The position numbers and the translations under genes were made by a program. Positions 29,638 through 37,948 of a DNA stretch of 64,000 nucleotides are shown here, in pieces; within the stretch, counting starts at the first letter, position 1, and each line of letters begins with the position of its first letter. Source of the stretch: Candidatus Enterousia sp. (lineage in GTDB: Bacteria > Pseudomonadota > Alphaproteobacteria > Rs-D84). The notes beneath the pieces were generated by a model that worked only from the letters and a program-made list of their open reading frames with translations, was not told where the DNA came from and did not search any database. The stretch spans positions 17,461 through 81,460 of the forward strand of contig JAZNBN010000012.1 of assembly GCA_045587125.1 (NCBI GenBank), read 5' to 3'.

Positions 29638-29900
29638 TTTACACCCCTTTATAAAAAAAGTTAGACCGCCATGGGATGTTAGGCGGTCGGGGAGTTCAAA
29701 AATCACTTCATCGTTGATTCTGTCGCTTTCGGGTTTCCCCTGTTGTATAACGAACAGCCCCCCGACTTATTAAGTCAGGGATAAATAACGACACAAAACC
29801 ACAGGAAGCATATCGGATTTTCGATACGCCTTGATTTTGTACCGGATGAAGTGGGCTTTTGACAACCCCGAACCCATATCCCTATGGATTCATTTCATAG
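29638..29900 (-). promoter_or_regulatory. Structured 5' leader with alternative hairpins and an intrinsic terminator (candidate riboswitch/attenuator)
   Basis: - 9-bp closing helix: CACUUCAUC (29845-29853) with GAUGAAGUG (29704-29712).
- Hairpin CCCUGACUU-AAU-AAGUCGGGG.
- Alternative pairing GUCGGGGGG with CUCCCCGAC.
- Terminator GACCGCC-N11-GGCGGUC followed by UAAC and U7, just 5' of the SD. Confidence 0.55.
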
Positions 29901-29942
29901 TCTATCACTAAAAATCAAAAAAGTAAATTGAATATATTGCCA

Positions 29943-30701
29943 CTAGATTTTGTCTGGACTTTTTATACTGCAAACAGGGATAAACTTATCCTGACCGACA
30001 CACAAACACAATTCTTTTGTCAGCTCATCAATTTGTGAATGCATTTCTTTAAGAACTTCTGAAAAAATCTGTTTGGCTTCTATACTTAGTTTTTGATTTT
30101 CTGTATGTCTTTTTATAAGATCTTCTATTGGTAGGTTTTTTACCGCTTTTTCTCTGTCTTCATGACGCATACCGTGTTCAAAAATCTTTAATTCTGCAAT
30201 TTTGTTTGTTTCCCAACATGTTATTTCTTCATATTTATAAATCGCTTCCTGTGCCTTAGTCGCGAGTTTTTGTCCAAACAAATCAAGAATCCGCATAAAT
30301 ATACTATAATTCTTAGATGTGTATTTTCTTAATTCCTCCAACGACAGTTGCTCACAATCATAAATTAGATTATTTATTTTATCCTTGAGAAACATCATAA
30401 ATTGCCTGTATTCTTCTCTTATTTCTTGTTTCTCTTTCAGTAAAGCCAGAAAAAATTGCTTATTTGCGATAGCATATTGCTGTTGCATGATTTTTTCTTG
30501 AGATTTGGCAGATAATATAGAAACATCCCTTTGTTGGCGCATACAAATCCACTGCAATGAATAAATGAACAACGTTCCCACTAAGGCAACCAATGACATT
30601 TTGTCTTCTAATTTGCTGTCCCCACAAAATAAAATCCATAACAGCCATCCAACAATAAGAACCGGAATGATATATACTGCCTTATGTAATGTTTTTTTCA
30701 T
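29943..30701 (-). CDS. Membrane-anchored coiled-coil protein
   Basis: Two N-terminal TM segments followed by helical, charged repeats. Start set at MKKTLHK. Confidence 0.5.
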   Translation of the reverse strand: MKKTLHKAVYIIPVLIVGWLLWILFCGDSKLEDKMSLVALVGTLFIYSLQWICMRQQRDVSILSAKSQEKIMQQQYAIANKQFFLALLKEKQEIREEYRQFMMFLKDKINNLIYDCEQLSLEELRKYTSKNYSIFMRILDLFGQKLATKAQEAIYKYEEITCWETNKIAELKIFEHGMRHEDREKAVKNLPIEDLIKRHTENQKLSIEAKQIFSEVLKEMHSQIDELTKELCLCVGQDKFIPVCSIKSPDKI

Positions 30702-30867
30702 CACGCTACCCCCATTATTGCTATTCCATAGAATAGAAGTTTTTTTCTGCGACAGCAATATAAATCATTTTTTACCTGTATGATTTCTAAAAACACAAAA
30801 TCCAATTAAAACTACGCTTCTCCTGACGGATTTGGATATGGACACAGGCACATATAGTTCCAACTGG

Positions 30868-31266
30868 TCTGTGTTTTACACAGGCGCTACACAGATTGCC
30901 GAAATCCGCAAAAACGCTTTTGGGGCTTTGGGCGGTTTTCTGGGAAAAATTTTCGTCAAGACACGCGGACTGCTACAACCATGTACTGGGCGTTACACAC
31001 AGTTTTGGCACATTTTGGCAAAACAGACGGCAAAAACCGCAGATTTCCGCCACACAATTCGCTTTATAATTGTTTCAGAACATTGCCCACAAAAAACCAC
31101 CCAGACGCACGGACAAAAACAGCTCAAAAAAGGCGAAAAAAATGTTTTACACATTTCATACACACAGCCAATAATACACAGAAAAAACCGCAGATTCCCG
31201 AGGGTTATACGTTTTTGAAAAAAGCCTTGACTTCTGCGGGAAATTATTCTAGAATTGCTCTGCTAT
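30868..31266 (+). repeat. Cassette right-end module 2, including the tRNA-Asn promoter
   Basis: Homologous to 26349-26754. TTGACT (31227-31232), a 17-nt spacer and TAGAAT (31250-31255). Confidence 0.8.
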
Positions 31267-31342
31267 TCGGGCATAGTTCAGTCGGTAGAACAACGGACTG
31301 TTAATCCGTATGTCACTGGTTCGAGTCCAGTTGCCCGAGCCA
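31267..31342 (+). tRNA. tRNA-Asn (anticodon GTT), CCA encoded
   Basis: Hand-folded: acceptor TCGGGCA/TGCCCGA, anticodon loop CTGTTAA, T-arm ACTGG-TTCGAGT-CCAGT, discriminator G. 76 nt. Confidence 0.92.
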
Positions 31343-31568
31343 CGAATTCCGTCGCAAAATCGTTGATTTTGCGGCGTTTTTCTTTGTTAACACTTTTGGA
31401 TTTAGGCACACCACAATCCAGCTAAAAACACCACTATTTAACCCCTTGGCTACACAGCAGCTACACAGGATCCGCAACCTGTCCGCAGTCCGATGAATAA
31501 CTTACAATTTCCCAACCCATAAAAAAATCTACATATTTTGAACATATTGCAAAATTTGTCGCAAATTC

Positions 31569-32288
31569 TTAATCAAAAACTCTGTCCTGGCCCAACATGT
31601 CTTGTACTTCATCCGCATGTTGTTCGGCCATGTTTTCATTTGCGCCATTTTCAACAGCCGCCTTTAATATACGAACTATTTCGTGTTTATCGGTATAGTT
31701 TGCAGGTTCATTTTCTTCCAAAATCGTATCTACTACATCCAGCGCACGACGCCATGTTGTTACATAGGTGTTATGCGGAATAATGCTGACATCACGCAAT
31801 GTGCAACCACCATAAAATACCACAACTGAAAACATTGGGATTTCTGACATCTGTTTGGATTGTTTTTGCAGTTCTGCAATATGCCCCGCATTCTGTTTAA
31901 TTGGGTTATAGAATCTATACTTATCACGACCATACGCCAAAACCTGGGTCCATTTGTCTTGGTTGCCGCGCCCAAAAATCCAGCCACTGTAATCTTTAAC
32001 TTCAAACACAATCAAGCCGACTTTGGTCGCAACAACTAAATCAATTTGAGCATGTTTGCCATTGACTTTTTTTACATACAAATCGTGGAAAATTGCCCCT
32101 GGCGCGATACCATGTTCCAATAATTCATACACCAAGTCGCGTTCAGACCATGTGCCACGGTCCAGCGCAGTTACAGATTCAATCTGTTCATTTTTATGAT
32201 TATTGTATTCAATCTTTCTCTTGTTCTCTTGCCGCAACAACAAGAACAATCCTGTAAAGATTAAAAAGACTATAATAAACGCTTCCAT
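31569..32288 (-). CDS. NERD-domain protein with N-terminal TM anchor
   Basis: QIDLVVATKVGLIVFEVKDYSGWIFG...WTQV...YNPIKQN..H pattern. Confidence 0.7.
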   Translation of the reverse strand: MEAFIIVFLIFTGLFLLLRQENKRKIEYNNHKNEQIESVTALDRGTWSERDLVYELLEHGIAPGAIFHDLYVKKVNGKHAQIDLVVATKVGLIVFEVKDYSGWIFGRGNQDKWTQVLAYGRDKYRFYNPIKQNAGHIAELQKQSKQMSEIPMFSVVVFYGGCTLRDVSIIPHNTYVTTWRRALDVVDTILEENEPANYTDKHEIVRILKAAVENGANENMAEQHADEVQDMLGQDRVFD

Positions 32289-32386
32289 AAGGGAATTATA
32301 TCACCCGCATATAAACAGGCAAGGAATAAAAACGCTCGACTTTTTGTATAAAATCAGCAATCATACATACATATAAAAGGATTGTT

Positions 32387-32539
32387 ATGAGAATTACTTT
32401 ATATATTTTTTGTTGGCTCGCAGTATTCATCGGCGGTTTTGGCATGTTACTTTCCATGAATACAAATGATGTAATAATAGGCGGATTTTTGTATACTCCG
32501 GCTTTATTGTCTTTGGTTTATTTGGCCACACATAAATAA
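32387..32539 (+). CDS. 50-aa two-TM small protein
   Basis: Not in the ORF track. AAAAGGA SD. Sequence MRITLYIFCWLAVFIGGFGMLL... Confidence 0.35.
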   Translation: MRITLYIFCWLAVFIGGFGMLLSMNTNDVIIGGFLYTPALLSLVYLATHK

Positions 32540-32549
32540 GGATTTTTCC

Positions 32550-32702
32550 ATGAATAAAATATTTCTAATTGGGATATTATTAACTTTATCAGCATGCAAT
32601 AGTTTTCGTTGCGAATTTACGCATCCAGACAACATGAGTCCACAAATGTTACAAATTTGCTCTGCTTATGCAAATTCGGATAGTGTTTATATTGGTAAAT
32701 AG
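32550..32702 (+). CDS. 50-aa small lipoprotein
   Basis: Not in the ORF track. AAGGA SD. MNKIFLIGILLTLSACNS lipobox. Confidence 0.4.
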   Translation: MNKIFLIGILLTLSACNSFRCEFTHPDNMSPQMLQICSAYANSDSVYIGK

Positions 32703-32838
32703 AAACCGTAACTGGCTCATATAACCGGACCGCCACCAAGTGTAACAGTAAAAACCACATCTTCCTGACCCACCTAGCGCAAGAATATACCAAGCGATTT
32801 GAGTATCTGTGGGGGATGTATAGTCGCAAACAAACTAA

Positions 32839-34869
32839 CTAGCTTTTAAGAAACATAACATTTGAGAATGGTCTATGCATACCTTTAACATTAAAAAGCA
32901 GTGCATATCGACAATTATTTATCACATTACGCTCATAAATAATCTGCCGGATCATTTGCTCATTTTCCCCATTATAAAACACTAAAAGAATACCTATATC
33001 ATAAATAGGCAAAAACCAAATGCGTTTTGTTTTTTTTGCTTTTTGTATCCCGAGCTCTACCTGTTTAATAAACTGCACCTGATTTATCATTTTTGTAGAA
33101 AAGTTTTTATTTGGGAAAGGCATTTTTAATAAATCCAAACAAAGATTTATGTTTTGCTTTTTGGGCTGATATATTTTATTAACAATACACATCAATTTAT
33201 GATCTGCTCGTATTGCTGGTTTAACAAGCTTGCTATTCATATCAAATAAATCATAATATTCATCAATTTTCATGTCCGAAGAATATCCGCTAAAATATAA
33301 AGAGTCATACCGTTCGTCAAAAACGATATTAAGCCCGGTATCTAGATATAACCCTAGCAAATCAATATCATCTCCAGAAAGTGTGGGGAATTCATTAGTA
33401 AAACTAAGCTTGTATTTCTTTATTAAAAAATCTAACAATAAAATTTCACTATCTAACAGATCTGCCACTATTTCCAAATCCGACAGCACAAATGTTGGAT
33501 TTACATTTGTTTCTACCTCATGAGCAATGGCGTACTCTTCCATATTATTTTTATCCATAATAGAATTTCTTGGCAGAGCGTCTAACACAACATTGTATTT
33601 TATAAACTCTTTTATTTCATCTGGCTTAACTTCAATATGCCCATCTTGCGTTTCTAACACTAAATTGCCTGTTTGAGACTTTAAAAAACTTTCAAACCTA
33701 TCTGCCTGTTTTGAGGCGTACATTATATTATTTTCATAGTTTTCTTTAAATGCATTATCAGACCCTCTATAAATCGAATCCTTCGGACGTGCAGCTTTGG
33801 CCTCAAAAATTATCGCCTTATCTCCCAGTATTACGGTATGATCATTTTCAAAATTTTGTCCTTCATATTGATATTTAGCATTCTTTAGATGTATTGCATT
33901 TGGAAAGACCTTGGTTAATATCGCAGACAAACGTTCTTCTAAGTATTCGGGGCGTACTCTATTCTTATATGCCTTGTTCAACTTTTCATTGGACAATAAA
34001 AGAGTTTCTAAAATGGCTTTATGATTTGTTAGCATGCGAAATATATGAAACATAAAGTATTTACCATTTATTCTGATAATCGGCTTTTTCTGAACATATT
34101 TGCCTAAGAACAGATACATTTCGTCAACCTCGCTCAATTCGCCAAATTCCAACGAAAGTGCATCTAATACAGATATTATACGCTCTTCTTCAGTACCAGC
34201 AGGAAACAACCCTACAAGTTCTTCCGCACTCACCAGAATATAATCAATGTAATCAGCTAAACTGATCTCGTCGCCTGCTGAAATTTGCTTTAGTATCTCT
34301 TCTTCCTTGTGCCATAGATACGCTGGAAGTTTTTTATAAAGCACATCAAAAACAATGTTCAATTCCATATCAAAATACGGCTTTGTATCTATCTTCCTTA
34401 AGAGATCTTCTATGTACTGTCGCCTTTGAAACGGATATCCTTCACCTCTAACCAAAGCAGTATGATTTCTTATGCTTTTTATAAACAATGAATCTTCTTT
34501 ATCTTCCGACAAATTAAACCAGCCAAAATTAGCACAACAATTGAAAGCCAAATCATAAATTTCTTGTATCTCCTGAGGAGTTGGTTGGGCGAGCGCAAAA
34601 GCATCATATCGCTTTCGTAACATTAAGGATACGATTAACTCTAATGGGGCTTCTGTTGGATTTTCTGAAGCGATATAATCAGTTGCACGTTTGCAACACT
34701 TGATATATTTTTCATATAATAGCCCCTGCAATATAAGAAAAGGGTTAAATTCCAACAATAGTTCTTTCAACTTTTTTAAAGAACTTGTAAATTTATCTTT
34801 TAAATGCTTGTCGTACTCCTGAATAACGCTCTGTTGTTCTAAATCTTCCATTTCTTTACCGTTTGCCAT
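32839..34869 (-). CDS. Large hypothetical protein with a central PD-(D/E)xK-like motif
   Basis: 676 aa from MANGKE. ENDHTVILGDKAIIFEAKAA resembles a D...ExK nuclease core. No family recognised. Confidence 0.55.
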   Translation of the reverse strand: MANGKEMEDLEQQSVIQEYDKHLKDKFTSSLKKLKELLLEFNPFLILQGLLYEKYIKCCKRATDYIASENPTEAPLELIVSLMLRKRYDAFALAQPTPQEIQEIYDLAFNCCANFGWFNLSEDKEDSLFIKSIRNHTALVRGEGYPFQRRQYIEDLLRKIDTKPYFDMELNIVFDVLYKKLPAYLWHKEEEILKQISAGDEISLADYIDYILVSAEELVGLFPAGTEEERIISVLDALSLEFGELSEVDEMYLFLGKYVQKKPIIRINGKYFMFHIFRMLTNHKAILETLLLSNEKLNKAYKNRVRPEYLEERLSAILTKVFPNAIHLKNAKYQYEGQNFENDHTVILGDKAIIFEAKAARPKDSIYRGSDNAFKENYENNIMYASKQADRFESFLKSQTGNLVLETQDGHIEVKPDEIKEFIKYNVVLDALPRNSIMDKNNMEEYAIAHEVETNVNPTFVLSDLEIVADLLDSEILLLDFLIKKYKLSFTNEFPTLSGDDIDLLGLYLDTGLNIVFDERYDSLYFSGYSSDMKIDEYYDLFDMNSKLVKPAIRADHKLMCIVNKIYQPKKQNINLCLDLLKMPFPNKNFSTKMINQVQFIKQVELGIQKAKKTKRIWFLPIYDIGILLVFYNGENEQMIRQIIYERNVINNCRYALLFNVKGMHRPFSNVMFLKS

Positions 34870-34924
34870 TATATATACAACATCATCTATCATTAAGACG
34901 CTTTTTTCAAGGAATTAAAACACG

Positions 34925-35194
34925 CTATTCCACAAACACAATCCCAAACCATTTTTGCATGATGATCAGGCGGGATTGATAGTCGCCCGCAGAGTTGATT
35001 TCTGTTTCATATTCGTGTTTTAGCTGTTCTGACAATCCCAGTTCGCGCACCAGGCGATTGCACACGCCCATAAGATAGAAGATATTGCCCGCCGGCCCGT
35101 TCAGGTCGATGATCAGGCCCGTTGGGTACTTCGCCCCCGGCACACCCCGCCGGGCGCCGTGCAGTTTTCGTTCCAGCGCATCAATCGTTTCCAT
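34925..35194 (-). CDS. Hypothetical protein (89 aa) in the GC-rich insert
   Basis: ORF with strong GC3 skew. Overlaps the upstream ORF by 14 nt. Confidence 0.55.
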   Translation of the reverse strand: METIDALERKLHGARRGVPGAKYPTGLIIDLNGPAGNIFYLMGVCNRLVRELGLSEQLKHEYETEINSAGDYQSRLIIMQKWFGIVFVE

Positions 35195-35714
35195 GTGCGG
35201 TGCCTTTGGTTTTAAGCTCTTGCTGAATCTGCCCCCACATCAATTCCAGTTCGTCCAGCTCCGTCAGGTCTGATTTTAGCCACATTTCTGGGGTCTGCCA
35301 TACGTCGTCCTGGGCACAGGCCAGCGCACCGTCCACCAATTTACGGATGCGGTGGTTGCGCATTTCGTTCTTGATTGCGGACCGGTACAGCATGCGCTTG
35401 TCCACCGTGACGGGGCGTGACGTTGTGCCGGTGTGATACGCCCACCACTTGGCCATTTTTAGTTTGTTCAGCATTGCCACGCGAAGCATCGCCACCCCAT
35501 AACTCAGGGTACCGGGACCGTCGAATATCTCATCGGCCAGGTGTCGCCCGGCACGCCCGTTCAGAAATTCCAGTATTTCATCGGCGGACTTTTCGGGGTG
35601 AATTTGCCCCAGGCGTTTAACCGTCACGTCCCAGATTGCGTTTCGGTGGTCTGGGCTGTCATAGTGTGCCGCCAGCGCACCATAGAATCCGTATTGCTTG
35701 TTTATTGTTGTCAT
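35181..35714 (-). CDS. Hypothetical protein (177 aa) in the GC-rich insert
   Basis: ORF in a sharply GC-rich segment. No family recognised. Confidence 0.55.
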   Translation of the reverse strand: MTTINKQYGFYGALAAHYDSPDHRNAIWDVTVKRLGQIHPEKSADEILEFLNGRAGRHLADEIFDGPGTLSYGVAMLRVAMLNKLKMAKWWAYHTGTTSRPVTVDKRMLYRSAIKNEMRNHRIRKLVDGALACAQDDVWQTPEMWLKSDLTELDELELMWGQIQQELKTKGTAHGND

Positions 35715-35878
35715 GTCGTACCTCTTGCTTTTTCAACACAACAATGCCAACAAAAAATGGAATAGCTAGTGAAATAGACAGGAATACGCAAGAAAGTTTT
35801 TATCCCTATATCATGTTGCGTAATTGTTTGAATTTTGCTATGTTTCAAACAAAATAATTTAAAGATGCGGATCATAAC

Positions 35879-37525
35879 ATGGCAAAAAGCGAAACTATTA
35901 AAAATGAAGATATTTGGCAGAAAGACAAACTTGGTATAAAGCAGCACGTTACAAGCTTTGCCAATATTTTAAAGCAGGAAAAATACGTAGAAAATGGGAC
36001 ATCAAAAGTTTATTCCATTTCTGCTGAATTTGGTGTCGGAAAAACCTTCTTTTGCGAAAGACTGGCAGACATCTTGGAGCAAGACGGCATTCCTGTAAGC
36101 ATGCTAAATATATGGAAAATGGACTTTTATGATAATCCATTGGTGCCCTTGTTGATAAAACTAGAAGAAACATACTCACAACAATCAGAAACTGTTCGCA
36201 CAAAAAAGTTTCCAAACCCTCATGGATTATTAAGAGTTGCAAAATCTATTATTGCCGGTATAAATTTAGACGCACAAATTCCTGGTGTTGGCGAAATGAA
36301 CATTAACGGCGAAAAAATGGTTAACACTAATGAAAGCTTGAAACAGAATTCAACACAAAAATCCATCTATGACGAATACAAAACATTTGAAGAAGAACTG
36401 CATAAGATTAAAAGCTTTTTGGAAAATTGGGCAAAGAGCCTAGAAAGATCAATAGTTGTAATTATTGATGAATTAGATCGTTGTCGCCCAGACTATGCAG
36501 TAAAGACACTTGAAACTCTCAAACATTTCTTTGACATCCCTGGATTTGTATTTGTTTTGGCAATCGATGAATGCCAGCTTAAAAGCTCTGTGGAAACGTT
36601 ATATGGCACAAAGAATTTTGACGGATATAAACGTAAATTTATAAATAATTCTTTTGTGCTGCCTGAACCAGACAAAGTAAAATTTACAGATTATTTATAT
36701 GCCAAATCTGGTTTAGATCATATTATTAAACAAATTGAAAACAATCAAAGGGATTTGGTGTTTAAAATTAGACGCAATACGTATATAGAGAGGAGTTTGC
36801 CCGCTAGAATTAGCACCGAATTTCAAGAGGAACTAAATAAAATCAAAACATACAACCAACAACAAACATCAGAGTCTATTATTAAACGATATTTTGCTGC
36901 GTATAGTATACGATATAAGTTTTCTTTACGACAAATGGAACAAGTATTTGATAGGTTAGTTTTGTTCATAAAAAACATATTGGCAAATAATGTATTATTT
37001 TCACCAGACCTTGCTGTATTCTTGGTATGTTTACATGAATTTGATTTAGCAATATATACCAAACTTAAACAGAAAGGGTATATTGGATATGATGAAAATA
37101 TACAGACTGTAATTATTGGATCTAATACATCATTAGCCTATTCAATTTACGATAAAAATTCATTTTCAAAAGTATCTGGAGTTTTAGATAGCAACATAGT
37201 TCCAAATGTTCACACATATCCAGGATTTTCAAGCTCGCAGCCAGAAAGCGACCTCACTAGCTCTCGTATATGCATACGCCATAATGTAGACCGTTTTTTC
37301 AAAGCAGATAAAAACACAGCTATGAGATTCATAACTGACACAACAGAGTTTGGCGAAAGCAACCAAATCGACAATGGGGGAAGAATTACAATTGTTAGAC
37401 ACCCTCAAACGGACTCTCAATGGAAAACGCCGCCGCCAGATATAGATACAGCATCTGACTTTGATCTAGATGTGTTTAAGCAGGTATACTTCGAAAATGT
37501 AGAGTTTGTTTCTAATTTTTCCTGA
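35879..37525 (+). CDS. KAP-family P-loop NTPase
   Basis: Walker A AEFGVGKTFF and VVIIDELDRCRPDYAVKTLETLKHFF (KAP signature). Confidence 0.75.
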   Translation: MAKSETIKNEDIWQKDKLGIKQHVTSFANILKQEKYVENGTSKVYSISAEFGVGKTFFCERLADILEQDGIPVSMLNIWKMDFYDNPLVPLLIKLEETYSQQSETVRTKKFPNPHGLLRVAKSIIAGINLDAQIPGVGEMNINGEKMVNTNESLKQNSTQKSIYDEYKTFEEELHKIKSFLENWAKSLERSIVVIIDELDRCRPDYAVKTLETLKHFFDIPGFVFVLAIDECQLKSSVETLYGTKNFDGYKRKFINNSFVLPEPDKVKFTDYLYAKSGLDHIIKQIENNQRDLVFKIRRNTYIERSLPARISTEFQEELNKIKTYNQQQTSESIIKRYFAAYSIRYKFSLRQMEQVFDRLVLFIKNILANNVLFSPDLAVFLVCLHEFDLAIYTKLKQKGYIGYDENIQTVIIGSNTSLAYSIYDKNSFSKVSGVLDSNIVPNVHTYPGFSSSQPESDLTSSRICIRHNVDRFFKADKNTAMRFITDTTEFGESNQIDNGGRITIVRHPQTDSQWKTPPPDIDTASDFDLDVFKQVYFENVEFVSNFS

Positions 37526-37610
37526 ACCAGAAGAATTTATAACAGCGCTTTATTTACTTGAATAAAACGAAATATACGGCATATAGAACAACAAACCAAA
37601 GGAGTTTATT

Positions 37611-37844
37611 GTGATATATGGATATATTCGAGTTTCAACCGACAAACAAGACTGTGAAAATCAAAAACTGGGCATTGAATCCAAAGCCAGCGCACTGGGG
37701 CTGTGCATTGATAAATACATTGAAGATGCGGGTATAAAATTGGGGCGACAATTAGGCAGTCGGAATGCTATCCCATTTAGCATTTTGAAAGAATTACTCA
37801 AAATCCGCCAGAAATTGAATCAAATGCCATCTGCATATAAATAA
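37611..37844 (+). pseudogene. Serine recombinase (resolvase/invertase) N-terminal fragment
   Basis: GTG-initiated IYGYIRVSTDKQD catalytic-Ser motif. The ORF stops after 77 codons. Confidence 0.65.
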
Positions 37845-37948
37845 GAATTTTGATTGGCGCCTAGTAATTTTTGCAAATCCCCGCAAGTGAAAAATTACTG
37901 GATCAATTTTGCTATATTTTCTATTATCAAGTCAAAGGAAAGGAATAC

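Noticed and set aside
29638-29900. Assignment of the OMP leader to ZTP, c-di-GMP-I, glycine or NiCo riboswitch classes
   Set aside because: Only short chance-level resemblances were seen (for example GGGGAAACC...AGCGAC and ACCGCCU). The conserved cores of those classes are not present in order.
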